Source of the DNA: Octopus bimaculoides
Taxonomy: Eukaryota
DNA length: 64,000 nt
Assembly (NCBI RefSeq): GCF_001194135.2
Contig: NC_068981.1
Location: 168,065,555-168,129,554 of the forward strand
Direction of reading: 5' to 3'
Positions 1 to 13,690 of this stretch are shown here, piece by piece (position 1 is the first letter of the stretch; every line of letters begins with the position of its first letter). Below the pieces are notes generated by a model, which did not search any database, was not told the DNA's origin, and saw only the letters and a list, made by a program, of their open reading frames with translations. Both the position numbers and the translations under genes were made by a program.

Positions 1-424
1 GTAATTACCGTCTTTGTGACGTTTACAGCAACTGCGTTCCTGTCACTGTGTGAGAACGCGCTATTCTGTTCTTTTTTCTCTTCTGGCATCTGAAGCCTCG
101 GGAAATGCTTGTCAAAAGAACAAGACAAGCGTTCCAAAATTATGTTTCTCGACATTTTTCAAATGTCAAGAAGGAAATTTTTGTATTTTGCTAGGGCCGA
201 AACTGCCCCTGGGGGCCAATTCCTGCCCTTGAAAATACACACAAATGAAACCTAGGTGCTTCGCAACAAAATTATTTAAAAATTCCAACAAAATGTGGAC
301 AGTAAATGGTCAAATAAACGTTTACCTTCGCAGCCGATGTGACAGCACGTCCGTGAGAAGAGATATATTCACATATACATGTATGTCTGTATACATATAA
401 AGCATATATGTATATGTGTGTGTG

Positions 425-507
<83 letters not shown>

Positions 508-959
508 GTAAATAATCATTCATATGGACGTACATATATGAATTTATGTACGTGTATATGAATGTATGTATACATAACGGTGTGCGTGTATATGTGTGTG
601 TGTGTGCGTGCGTGCATGTGTATGTATGTATGTATGTATGAACGCACGTATGTTTTATATCTACATACATACATAACATTTACATAGAATTAAGTATATA
701 CTGGAGAAAAAAAATCGCATCTTGGCAAAGTTAGACCTCGTAAATCGCGCAGTTTGTTTAGATTCTTCAGCATAAACGAAGTGCGTATCTTATGAATCTA
801 CTTGATCAAACACTGACTTACATATATTACCGCTCTTCCTCGCCCAATACACCGTTTTTCATTGGTTTCGATGTTTTCTTTAGTTGAGAGCCAAAAACGC
901 AATTGAACATTTGATTAAATTTGGTAGAGGTTGGATGAAAATCCATTTACATACATACG

Positions 960-1002
<43 letters not shown>

Positions 1003-1148
1003 ACGCACACACGCACACGCACACACACACACACACATATATATATATACATACACACACATACATATATTCCTCTGTGTGTGCATGTGTTTGTATGTGT
1101 GCGTGCATGTATGCTTGTTTGCATGCATTTCTGTTTGTATGTGCGTAT

Positions 1149-1217
<69 letters not shown>

Positions 1218-1289
1218 ACTGATGTCTGTGTTCGTACTTAAAACATAGTGCGCAATGATTCAAGAATTTGAATGTGTTTATACAGATAT

Positions 1290-1650
1290 ATGTGAAAGAC
1301 ACAAACCAGAGAGGGAATCAATTCACATCAAAGGCTCAGTATGGAATACCGACAAGTTTCTGGCATCCTACATTGGAGGCTACCACCATGCAATTTATGA
1401 GTCAAAGGTCTCCAAGTACCTATTGTATAAAAAGCAGCAAACTTTGACAAACGCCATATGGAAGCTGTGAAAATCTGAAACTAAAGACATTAGCCATATT
1501 ATTGTCAACAGCGAATTTCTTCTGTAAACTATATTTCCAAGAGGCATGACATAGTGACTAGAACAAGAACAATCTGGAACTTGTATGAGAAAAGAAAATG
1601 CCATCAAATAAAGTTGACTTTATTGAGACCGATGGATCAAAAGAATATTG
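1290..1650 (+). mobile_element. Degenerate Penelope-like element, GIY-YIG endonuclease 3' remnant
   Basis: Across frameshifts and stops: YIG (1369-1377), ...QTLTNAIWKL*, FCKLYFQEA (CxLCxxE-like), IWNLYEKRKCHQIKLTLL. Same motif order as the clearer copies at 33 kb and 41.8 kb. Confidence 0.5.
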
Positions 1651-1716
1651 GTGCAACTTAAAAATTAAAGCAGCGACCATCGTATGTGTGTGTGTGTATG
1701 CGTGAGAGAGAGAGAG

Positions 1717-1754
<38 letters not shown>

Positions 1755-2359
1755 NNNNNNNNNNNNNNNNNNNNNNNNNNNNNNNNNNNNNNNNNNNNNN
1801 NNNNNNNNNNNNNNNNNNNNNNNNNNNNNNNNGTGTGTGTGTATCTTGAAGTAAAATTTCTTTCTATGCAAGAAATATTTCCCTGTGTAAAACGTTGAGA
1901 AAAGGCTCGATGAGCTAAACAAAAATTTCTCTCTAGCTAAGAGAATTGCTAAGTTAAATGTCTCACGCTTACATATAATTAACGCACAACAAGCTTATTT
2001 TTATGCATATGATTAAGTACACGTAGACAAACATTAACATATCATACCCAATGCATGCATGTTTCTAGCAAGATAGTAGCAATGACAAAGCATTTTATCG
2101 CCTACATCAAGGCTATGCATTAACAAATGTTCGACCCAGAAAATAAAGTTCAAAATATACAGAGTCAGACAGAACGGAAGAGGCTTATTCAGTTACTGTC
2201 AGTCTGAGGTGGGTTCTTTTTTCTTTCTTTTTTGCGTGTTTAGTTCAAATACCGCTATGATCAGCTCTGTCTTTCATCCCTTCCATGACGATAAAAAAAA
2301 CAAGTACCAGTGAAGCACTGAGATCGATGAAGTCGACCAAAACCCTTCTCTCTAAAATT

Positions 2360-2570
2360 GAGATGTGTTGACAAAATCGTTAGAGCGTCGTAAAAATGCT
2401 CTGCGGTGTTTCTTCCGGCTCTTTTTCGTTCTGACTTCAAATTTCGCCGAGGTCAAATTTGCCTTTCGTCCTTTCAGGGTCGATAAAATAACTATCAACT
2501 GAACTCTGAAATCGATGTAATCGATTACACCCTTAACTGAAATTGTTGGTCTTGTGCCAAAATTTAAAAT
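2360..2570 (+). mobile_element. SINE family A (tRNA-derived), diverged copy
   Basis: AATCGTTAG..., GTTCTGACTTCAAATT (B-box-like), CCTTTCAGGGTCGATAAAA core and GGTCTTGTGCCAAAATTT tail shared with more than 20 copies in the window. Confidence 0.8.
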
Positions 2571-2571
2571 C

Positions 2572-2840
<269 letters not shown>

Positions 2841-2841
2841 A

Positions 2842-3670
2842 ACTTCTCAGCCACTGATGGGTTGTCGCTTGGTCTACATCAGCATTTCGACTTCGATGTA
2901 CAACCTTCCATGCAGTGGCTTCTGGCTCCACCACTCCTCAGTTTTTTGCAGTCTGCTTAATCCGTTTTTGCTTGTTTTGTGGTGGTGGTTTCAGGTTCTT
3001 CGTCTAATTCAGGGTTAGTGCAAAGTTCTCTTGCGAATTTGCAAGCTTCCCTGACAATCGAATGTGATTTTTTGCTACTTTTGTGTTTGCACACAAGTTG
3101 CAGCATCCAGTCCTCTGTACTAGATAAGTACCTATTCATTGCTATTGTGGAGGGCTTATAACACAGTTCTACCTACATCATTCCTTTTCTCCCATTACTT
3201 CTAGGTAGGTACAGACGAACAACGTCTACTTTTAGGTGGTGCATATTCTTAGACGTTTTTCAGGCACAGTACTGTCCTGCCCAATGTCAACCGCTCTGGT
3301 GTTCCTTGGTCGGCATTTAACAAGATGTTGAGTTGCGCAGCTATTTGTGCATGACATTCACCAAATCTTTTGATCCAGTAGCCTTGAACTCCATCTGGTC
3401 CCGGGGTCTTCCAGTTGCTCATTTTTTTTGCTGATTTCCTTCACTTCCCTAACTGAAATGATTAGTTCTGCTTATTTTGGACAGACTATGTTTGTTTCAG
3501 TTCTTGCGACCATTCAGCATCCTTCTTGTGCTCCTTGTATTTGCTCCAGATGTCACTCCAAAACCTTTGACTTTCAAAGTTATCTGGTATCAATTTTTCA
3601 TCTGTACACTCTCTATTTATTTCTTTATAGAATCTCTTCTGATCTGCTCTGCTTATCCCGTTTCCTTTCA
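2842..3670 (-). mobile_element. R4-clade (Dong/Rex6-like) non-LTR retrotransposon fragment lacking the RT core
   Basis: Minus-strand peptides DQKRFYKEINRECTDEKLIPDNFESQRFWSDIW, ISKKMSNWKTPGPDGVQGYWIK (pre-RT) and YLSSTEDWMLQLVCKHKSSKKSHSIVREACKF (post-RT), typical of R4-clade ORFs. Confidence 0.85.
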
Positions 3671-3723
3671 TTATTATTATTATTATCATCACTGATATCA
3701 CTGATATTATTGTTTTTATGTGT

Positions 3724-3925
3724 AGGCAGTGAGCTAGCAGAATCGTTAGCACGCCGGGCGAAATGCTTAGCGGTATTTCGCCCGTTGCTATGTTCTGAGT
3801 TCAAGTTCAGCCGAGTTCGACTTGTCTTTCATCCTTCGGGGTCGATAAAAGTAGTGCCAGTTGATGTAATCAGCTTAACGCCTCCCCACGAAATTGCCGG
3901 CCTTGTACCAAAATTTGAAATCCAT
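3724..3925 (+). mobile_element. SINE family A, near full length
   Basis: AGGCAGTGAGCTAGCAGAATCGTTAGCACGCCGGGCGAAATGCTTAGCGG ... GGCCTTGTACCAAAATTTGAAATCC followed by ATTATTATT. Confidence 0.92.
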
Positions 3926-4067
3926 TATTATTGTTGTGAAGAAATCGTCATTATCAATAACTTTAGTGTTTGTTTATATAGAAATGAGATTATAGATGTG
4001 TGTGCCGTATGTATGGTATATGTTTGAATGTGAGTATATGCTTGTATCTGAGGATGAAAATTGATAT

Positions 4068-4132
<65 letters not shown>

Positions 4133-4682
4133 TGTACGTGTGTGTGTATAACGACGTATGTATGTATGCTTATAAACGAATGTCATTCTTCCTTTTCTGT
4201 ATTTATTCGATTTGCCTCTGTCTGACATTAGTCGGCACTCTAATGGATATTATATTTCTTTTATCTTTTCCAATTTATTATACGTATAATAATGTCACTT
4301 TGATAAATTCCAATGTTTTCAACATCTGAAATAGCAACTAATTAGTAAAGAATATTAGAGGATAGAGAACATTATTTTCTGGTCGAATAAACAAAGGTGA
4401 GAAATCTTAACGCTTATTCCTTCGTAGCTGTCCTAAGCAGAAATATTGCTTTCGCCATTGCTTGCGTGTAGTAACTAGCTTACTACGTAAATATGTGTAT
4501 AAAGCAACAATGACTATTGCTGGGAAAAGCGATTAATTTATAATTTAATTATAAATGGGTGCTGACCGTATATTTTTGTGTAATACAATGATATGTTTCA
4601 TTATTTCCAATGTCTTCAACATCAAAAATTGCACCGTTATCGCTACAGCTTGCTCTACCAGACAATGATGTGAGCTAATCTA

Positions 4683-4745
<63 letters not shown>

Positions 4746-4864
4746 TCACCGTATTTAACATCCTGTTATTTCTGATGTTGAAACATTGGCAACAATAACA
4801 TTCAGCCTTTCAATGCATAGCACCACTTTATTATACTTACATATATATACATTCACACATCATA

Positions 4865-4865
4865 A

Positions 4866-4922
<57 letters not shown>

Positions 4923-4980
4923 CGACGACGACGAAGACGACAACGACGACGACGACGACGATGATGATGATGATGATGAT
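4865..4980. repeat. Compound trinucleotide repeat (GCT)n-(GAT)n-(GAC)n-(GAT)n
   Basis: Directly visible. Confidence 0.97.
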
Positions 4981-4982
4981 AA

Positions 4983-5182
4983 TCCTTTCTACTATAGGCA
5001 CAGGGTCTGAAATTTGGGGGAGAGCACTAGTCGATTACATTGACCCCAGTGTTTCACTGGTACTTAATTCATCGACTCCGAAAGAATGAAAGGCAAAATC
5101 GACCTCGGTGGAATTTGAACTCATAACGTGATGCATGACGAAATGCCGCTTAGCGTGCCAATGATACTGCCAGCTCGTCGCT

Positions 5183-5185
<3 letters not shown>
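4983..5185 (-). mobile_element. SINE family A
   Basis: Reverse complement of the family A sequence; the head abuts (AAT)n at 5185-5247. Confidence 0.9.
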
Positions 5186-5247
<62 letters not shown>

Positions 5248-6340
5248 NNNNNNNNNNNNNNNNNNNNNNNNNNNNNNNNNNNNNNNNNNNNNNNNNNNNN
5301 NNNNNNNNNNNNNNNNNNNNNNNNNNNNNNNNNNNNNNNNNNNNNNNNNNNNNNNNNNNNNNNNNNNNNNNNNNNNNNNNNNNNNNNNNNNNNNNNNNNN
5401 NNNNNNNNNNNNNNNNNNNNNNNNNNNNNNNNNNNNNNNNNNNNNNNNNNNNNNNNNNNNNNNNNNNNNNNNNNNNNNNNNNNNNNNNNNNNNNNNNNNN
5501 NNNNNNNNNNNNNATATATATATATATATATATATAACATGTCGATGTGGGAGGGGTCGGAAACATATGTGTGGCTGGGTGGTTAAAATTTCGGAATCAT
5601 ACGGTTGCAGTTTCGATATATCATATCGATGTATCACATTGGGCAAGAAGTATTCTACCACAACTTTGAACTTTAAGTCCACCCAAGCCATGTGAGAGAA
5701 AATGGATTGAAACCGCGCGTAATTCTCAAGGGTAGACTTTATCTCTAATTTAAAGACCCATTTTTATCGCATTATTCGTCACGCTGATTTTGTTAAATGA
5801 TTATATTAAGGGTACAGCTGTCTGTGGAATATTCAGCCATTACTGTGGTTCAGTTAGTAATTAGTTCCGTTGATTGAGTTAGCAATAAACTTGTATCCAG
5901 TTTTCATTCCTTGTATCGCTTCACTTACTTCCATAATGCCCCTCCGTAAAATGCAGAAGCCATAACGGCACAAGATTAATTTTTGGAAAGGAAATTACTT
6001 TATTTCTATTAAAGAAAATAATCTCGTCAGAATATTCGTCTTCCTAATTCTGTAATATTATTCATAATATTAGATAAATAAGAAGACCTTGTAGTTACGT
6101 TAATAATCAAAATTTCGTAGATAAAAGCAGTGGATTGACAAAATGTTAATTCACGGTAGATGCAAGTGAATCCTACTGAGATTGACGCTGCCTTTCATCA
6201 TTTCGGGTTCGATAAATTAAAGTACCAATCAAGACCAAGTCGTCAAATCAATACAATTGACTGTTCCCAACCTCTAAATGTACGGCCTTGTTGAAACTAA
6301 CAATAATCATTTGTTTGATAGAGAGAAAGAGAGACAGACT

Positions 6341-6390
<50 letters not shown>

Positions 6391-6710
6391 AAGAGAGAGA
6401 GAGATTTGATTTGACTGAAGATGATTTTATATCACAAAATAATAGTTTTATTATAATAGGCACTCCAGTGAAAAGCGCATAATTTTAGAGCGAGATACAA
6501 AGAAGCTAGGAAACTTAAAAGCAAAACAAATTAACATTTGAAGTATTTGAAACAAGTCAGATAACGATTTCTTATTCTTAACGTTAGTTCACTTCCAGAA
6601 CAAATAACTTAATACGTATACTAATGTTCTTGATTTTGAGAGATTGACTGTTGTCATTGTTGTAGTTGTTTTTCTAGCAGCAGCAGCAGCAGCAGCAGCA
6701 GTAGCAGTAA

Positions 6711-6761
<51 letters not shown>

Positions 6762-7756
6762 GTGATTTTGGTGGTGGTGGTGGTGGTTTGGGTCCTCTAG
6801 TCGGCTCTGATGTCAAAGACTTATGACCAAAAGTATTCTGTGATTATCTCGTTCTTTGTAGGGCATTTCCCCCCCCCCCATACACTGCGTATATAGGAAT
6901 GTATTATTCAACATGTGTTTCTTTCGTTTAGAAGTGTGTAATTTGAATAAGACGTATCTACTTTTCTTGCAAATGGAGGTGACAATGTAGATGCTAGCTT
7001 ATTAATCTTAAAGGTGCATTCCTCTAAATCTACTATTTATTGGGTTTGGGCAAATAGAGAAGCTTATCTTTTTATATTATCTTTCTAGAGTGCACTGTGA
7101 CCTTTTTGGAAAGTTGCCTTATCTTGTTGTAAGATATTGAATAAATTGTTCGCGATTTGCTAATCTAAATAATGACGTACACTTTCTCGGTGCACTCGTC
7201 TCTTTTATTTAAATTGATTAATTCTACTTATCTAAATGTACAAAGCAAGCAAACTTCCGTTTAATAGAATAGCATCTTATTTAAATGAAGGATATTTGAC
7301 ATACTTGCACTTAACGATAGAAAAATCGGAACTAAGAACTGGTCTTTCACTTTACTGATCCTACCAATTAGGTCTATCTTTGTGAACTTAATGTTTTCGA
7401 GCGAATTGTTCGATATCGCTGCTAAATCTTCACCTCTACTCCACTCAAAAATATAATTAAAAAAAGAACAAAACATTCTACTATCTTTAAAATGCTAATC
7501 ACATATTTGAAATCCTAGATATTACAAATAAATTCACTGAAGTAAAGAAAAAGAAATTAATTATATGGTCACGTATAGAGTAACAAAGTTTCGTTCAATT
7601 TGCCTCACCGAACATCATATAATTTATAGCTGTACTTAGGGACTTCCTTCGCAGTTTCTACTACCCCGCAGTCAAGGAACTGCCCATGCAGAGCTGAGTG
7701 AAAATTTACTAACAGCGAAAAGTCTGTTCTTACACACACATATACACAGCTTATAC

Positions 7757-8230
7757 ATCCATCCATCCATCCAGCTAGCCATCTATCCATCCATCCATCC
7801 ATACATACATCCATCCATACATACATACATGATGGCCGTCCACTTGTGACCGAAGAAGACCATTGCTGACCTTCAGGAACATTGTGCGCTTATATTTTGC
7901 ATTTGCAGCTCCGCTGGTGGCTAATGAGCCCTGCTCTTGACAAGCATACACGACTGCAAACATTGCAGACCAAGCTTTCCCCATTCACTATACGAGCCGT
8001 GCGCTTTCGCGCAGCTCGCTTAAGTTCTTCACGCTGGATACGTGCTCTCCCAAAAGTGTCGATCCCTTCCTTAACCTGCTTCCTCCATCTGTGGCGATGA
8101 CAGACATTGCTCTCCCAGTCAGTCTCCTGCATATCACAGGCCTTTAATGAGGACTTGACTCAGTCCTTAAATTGCAGCCTTGGTTTCTGCCGGGGTCTCT
8201 TTCCATTCACAAGTTGTGGATACATTCCAT
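7757..8230 (-). mobile_element. RTE-clade LINE, 5'-truncated 3' end with (ATGG/ATGT)n tail
   Basis: Minus-strand GKRPRQKPRLQFKD*VKSSLKACDMQETDWE...CNVCSRVCLSRAGLISHQRSC* (RTE C-terminal C2H-type motif), then a short 3'UTR and tetranucleotide tail. Confidence 0.88.
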
Positions 8231-8684
8231 TCACAAGTTGAGTCTCTTTCCATTCACAAGTATGGGGATACATACATACATACATACATACATACATACA
8301 TACATACATACATACATACATACATACAAACATACTACTCGGTAGAGGAGCATGGCCATCTCTGACCGATGTGTCAGTATTGCCTATGCATGTATTTAAA
8401 CTCGAGTACGGCTTGCACAACACCACAGCAACTTTCATCAGCAATACCAAGAAGTCAAGAGACGAGGAAAGTGCAAGATATCCGGCTCAGTTGAGCAGCT
8501 GGTTTTATATACGCGTTAGTCTTCTAGATGGATGCCTTGACAAATACCAGGGATGCCTCTTTCGCAGTGGGAATGAGAGACATACATACATACATACATA
8601 CATACATACATACATACATACATACATACATACATACATACATACATACCTACATACATACATACATATATACGTACATACATA

Positions 8685-9213
8685 CAAACAAACAAAAATA
8701 CCCTGTTGATGTTGAAATTCCAATGAAGGAGCCTTGGATCTAGGTTAGAAACCGACTCTTTCTCTATTGGCAAGAAATCTTGAAATAAACTGAACAATGA
8801 CATACATACATACGTACATAAATACATACATACATACATGCATACATACATACAAACAAACAAAAATACCCTGTTGATGGTGAAATTCCAATGAAGAAGC
8901 CTTGGATCATGGTTAGAAATCGGCTCTGTCTCTATTGGCAAGAAATCTTGAAATAAACTGAACAATGACATACATACATACGTACATAAATACATACATA
9001 CATACATACATACATACATACATACAAACCAACAAAAATACCCTGTTGATGGTGAAATTCCAATGAAGGAGCCTTGGATCATGGTTAGAAATCGGCTCTG
9101 TCTCTATTGGCAAGAAATCTTGAAATTAAAGTGAACAATGACATACATACATACATACATACATACATACATACATACATACATACATACATACATACAT
9201 ACATACATACATA
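8685..9213. repeat. Three-copy composite minisatellite (~170-bp unit: ~115 bp unique plus (ACAT)n)
   Basis: Unit CAAACAAACAAAAATACCCTGTTGATG...GAACAATGACATACATAC starts at 8685, 8853 and 9025. Confidence 0.95.
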
Positions 9214-10245
9214 AACTCTATCTCCCTCACATTTTCAAAACCAATCTTCCTTGACTGTGGTGGAGTAAAATTCATTTATGTAATACCGTGTTGAATTCAT
9301 ATCTAAATCATTGGCGATTAACTTGTAAGTAGTCAGACATTTGCATGGGGAAAGTGTGTGCAGCATGGAAGGAAGTGTGAACACAAGAAGCTGTGCAGGC
9401 ATGATTGTGTGGGTACGCTGTACCTTGAGCAAGTGTCTTCTATCACAGTCTCTATCTGAACTGTCGTTGGAATAGCAATTTGAGAAACGGAATCAATGCG
9501 AAAGTCTGTGTTAGTTTATATCGATGAAAAAGGAGCACTCCTCGAATGATGTCCTTAACGAGATCGAAGCCCTTTACACCGAGTTGTAAACGTTCCCTTG
9601 TAATACTTACTGACAGATATGCAGTGAACTTGGAATTTTAACCAATTGGCAACCTGTAACCAATGAAGCGGTTCTTCACAAACTGTCATACAAAATAAAA
9701 TATATAAAGTGAGATATATAAATTGCGATCAGAATAGATTCAAAGTAGAAGTCTCAACATGCAAGAAATAACTACCAAATCACTCTCAAGTTACGCATTA
9801 CTGTCTTCGTAAATGAAAGCCATATTGGACAATATAACCCTAAGTAAATAATATGAGTTAGCAACAGTTGACCTGGGGCTAAACAACAGCAACTCAGATA
9901 TAACTGAGCTGGTAACCACTACTGACATATTTCCACCAAAAAAATAATCCAAAACGTTAATTATGTTCGGGGCCCTTAGATATTTTTTTTATCACGATAT
10001 AACTTTTTAAAAATTTTATTTGTAAATTTTAAGGCTTGTTAAAATGATTCATGTCATCGCTGTTTTTCCATATGACCTTGAGGTTTTAGAAAAGCTGAAG
10101 CGTAATCTCGTTATGTAGAAAATATGGTTTGCTCTGATCGTGATGAAACGAATCGCGAAGTAAATGGTTTAACACGCCCTTTTCTCTGCATTTTAATTTT
10201 ATACACACAAGCACACATATATATATATATATACAAGCAAACTCA

Positions 10246-10338
<93 letters not shown>

Positions 10339-11206
10339 ACTCACTCGTTTGACACATCCGTTTGCGTAATCATAGACGGTTTTATGCAACTTTGGTGATT
10401 ACAATCGAACACTGATTAAATCTGGTAATCGGAAGCTCCTAATTACAAAGCTGTTGAGATGTTTGTGTATAGCTGTCGTGCAGGTTTCAGCTCATTTCGA
10501 TTCCTTGCAATTATATTCCTTGTAGCTGTGTCTCAAACAATAATGTTTTTAAAAATCTATTTCTGACCACGCTGATAACATGACACGTATTCTACTTACA
10601 TCTATCAAACTTGTAATCAATGCTGTTACTTCTAAGTTAAACTGAGTAAACGGAAAATGTGCGGAAGCTCATCAGGTCGATTATGTTTGTTCATGGTTAG
10701 TGGACTTGATCTGTCACTAGGTTTAACACTATTACATGTCTCTTAGATGCCTTTAGCTGACTGAGTCCTCTCTCTTTTTTAAGTATTCTGACCAGCTATC
10801 CGGTTTGAGGATAACTCGATATATTGATGTGCTGGTCTCTACTATGGAAACCACGAATACAATTTTTTTTGTCATTTTCATTTTCCTTTACTACTTGCAA
10901 ATGCATTGCATGGTTGCTTCCCTTTCCGCCTTTGATTAAGACATTTAAAAATTCTGAAATACTTTCAAATATCTAACCACCGTGAGATCATTAATTCTAC
11001 TTGTGTCTATCTAGCTTAAAATCAATTTTGCTATTTTGATGGTTAGCTTCTCAGAAACTGACTGTGATTCAATTTTTTTTTATTATTAGAAGGAATAGAA
11101 TAAAACTGAATGAAACATACTTAATCTTATATGTAATACCATGATACAATTATAGAAAACTGTTTCGATAGATCTAAAAATTCGATAGATCTCAATATAA
11201 TAAAAG

Positions 11207-11258
<52 letters not shown>

Positions 11259-11260
<2 letters not shown>

Positions 11261-12095
11261 CGAAGGGAAACCAAAAATTATCCGCACTTTCAGCAATACT
11301 TTCTTCAGGTTGGCCGCACTTCCTTCAGCGCTCGCGTGCTAAAAGGTGGTTCTCTTCTGGTTACGTAATTGAAGTTTGATCTTGATCGTTCCAGTTTTTT
11401 TTCTTTTTTTTTTTTGTATTAAAGAGTAAGTATAGCAGCTCCGCTGCACTAAAGAAGAACAGAGATCAATGATCCGATTACTCTGGTTTGAGTGTGTGTC
11501 CGAGGCTGAAATTCACCGCAGGCTAGTACAATACAAGTACAGCGCTCTATAGCGGAGAAGTATGTGTGAGTGGATCTTAAGTTGCAAAAAGGCTGGACAA
11601 GTTGAAGCACGAAGAGGAAAAAGAACACCCATCAACCTCCACCACTGACGTGAAGATTCAATAAGCTTGAGAGAGGGTTTTGGCGAACCGACGAGTGACC
11701 GTCGATGAGATGGCATGTTCTCTGCAAATTAGTCATGGTTCAACATTCGAAATCATCCACGGAAAGCTTCACTTCCGTAAAGCCTGTACGAGATGAGTAC
11801 CAAGAGAACTTACCGAAGTACATAAGCACAATCGTGTGGATATCTCTCGTCGCTTAATCGACATTTACGACGAAGAAGGCGAAGCATTTTTGGAGAGAAT
11901 AGTCACATAAAATGAGACCTGGGTCCGTTACTTTGAGCCAGAATCCAAAAGGTATAATATGGAATAGAAACACCGGACAGCTAAAGAGAAAGTCAAGACT
12001 CAACCTTTCGCAGAAAAAGTGATGCTAACCGTTTTGGGGGATGCAAAAGGGCTTATGATGAAACATTATCTGGAAGAGAGGTCCACAAACGAATG
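11259..12095 (+). mobile_element. Mariner transposon, defective (5' TIR plus partial transposase)
   Basis: TIR-like CGAAGGGAAACCAAAAATTATCCG at 11261; peptide NRRVTVDEMA..SLQISHGS..R*VPRELT..FLERIVT*NETWVRYFEPESKR..KVMLTV (WVPRELT and GDETW motifs decayed). Confidence 0.92.
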
Positions 12096-12109
12096 AAGTT
12101 TTAGTTGAA

Positions 12110-12262
12110 TGAATCGACTCCAGTACTTATTTTTTAGCCTGGTATTTATAATATCGGTCTCTATTGCCGAACCTCTGAGTTATGGGGACGTAAACACAGA
12201 AACACCCGTTGTCAAGCGGTGGTGGGGAACAAGCAGAGAAAAAAAGAGACACACGTACATAA
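12110..12262 (-). mobile_element. SINE family B, 3' half
   Basis: Matches the 3' half of the full copy at 54070-54487 (GCCGAACC..AAGTTA.GGGGACGTAAACAC..GTTGTCAAGCG). Confidence 0.85.
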
Positions 12263-12297
12263 ATACATATATAGATACATACATATATGCATATATG

Positions 12298-12332
<35 letters not shown>

Positions 12333-12346
12333 GTATACATGTTACA

Positions 12347-12388
<42 letters not shown>

Positions 12389-13658
12389 TGTGTGTGTNNN
12401 NNNNNNNNNNNNNNNNNNNNNNNNNNNNNNNNNNNNNNNNNNNNNNNNNNNNNNNNNNNNNNNNNNNNNNNNNNNNNNNNNNNNNNNNNNNNNNNNNNNN
12501 NNNNNNNNNNNNNNNNNNNNNNNNNNNNNNNNNNNNNNNNNNNNNNNNNNNNNNNNNNNNNNNNNNNNNNNNNNNNNNNNNNNNNNNNNNNNNNNNNNNN
12601 NNNNNNNNNNNNNNNNNNNNNNNNNNNNNNNNNNNNNNNNNNNNNNNNNNNNNNNNNNNNNNNNNNNNNNNNNNNNNNNTATATATATATAGGCCAACAT
12701 TGAACTCAAAATTTATATTTCTAACGCAAGATTTTAACCACGTTGCTACAGAACAGAGAGATAACTTATTTTACTTTTTTTTAACTTCCGTTCCATTCTG
12801 TAATGCATATGAGACTGTCCTTGTACAGTTCGTGTCACCAATGTCTTTTCTTTCAGGCTATAATTTTTTTTTCCATAGGAAGACTTGCGAATCCTTCATT
12901 TGTTTCTTCTCCATTTCTGTGAACGGTTCCTACGACCTTTCGGCGCAATGTAGTCGATTCCGAGAGGCAGACAGACAGAGAGAAAGACCTGTCTCGGTGC
13001 TTGACTGGTACTTTATTTGTCGACACCGTAAAGGTGGACAGTAAAGTTGCCTGCGGCGAGATTTGATATCAGGGCGCAGAAAGCTGAATCAAATATCGCA
13101 ATGCAATCTGTCTGTCGTCCTAACGATTTTTGTCAGTTCGCCATTTTTTTCTTTTTTAGGGAAATATACATAAAACAGTTCTGCGTGCTGGACACTATCT
13201 ATTAACCCGATTGACATCAATAAAGGGGGAGAACATAGCAGAGGTTGTTACATTCATAGCTTCTCCGTGGGATTTGTTCCATTCAATTGGTCTATTCTAT
13301 ATTCATTTGATAAAATAAATTCTTGTGAAATCAAAGGAAAATTTCAAAATCTCTTTAAGCCCTTGTCAACTGATTGGTTTTTCATATTACAACGATCACC
13401 AGACACCACTTCTTCCCATATTATCTAGAAATATTCAAAAATGGAGACAAAACAAATAAAACATTGATTTTAACCTTCAACAATGACAGCGGGCTTACCT
13501 TTCTCTCGGCCTTTAATCGATCTATCTCTGGAAGTCTCTTTCTGACTGTCGATCTATCTCTCTCTCACTCTCTCCCTTTCTCTTTTTGTATGAATCTTTA
13601 CTGTTATTTGTATATCTGCATATCTATCAATTTGTCTAATTCTCTCTCTCCCTACCTC

Positions 13659-13690
<32 letters not shown>

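Noticed and set aside
7261-7476. 71-aa minus-strand ORF with a loosely LRR-like stretch
   Set aside because: No convincing acceptor, no repeated LRR consensus, and a length expected by chance.
12109-13044. ORF beginning with a signal-peptide-like MNRLQYLFFSLVFIISVSIAEPL..KRWW (neuropeptide-precursor look)
   Set aside because: The N-terminus is the antisense reading of the SINE B 3' half; the rest is microsatellite and N-gap.
13424-13499. Apparent 75-nt minus-strand intron (GTAAGC...TTTCTAG)
   Set aside because: The upstream exon is decayed GA/GATA microsatellite and the downstream frames close quickly.
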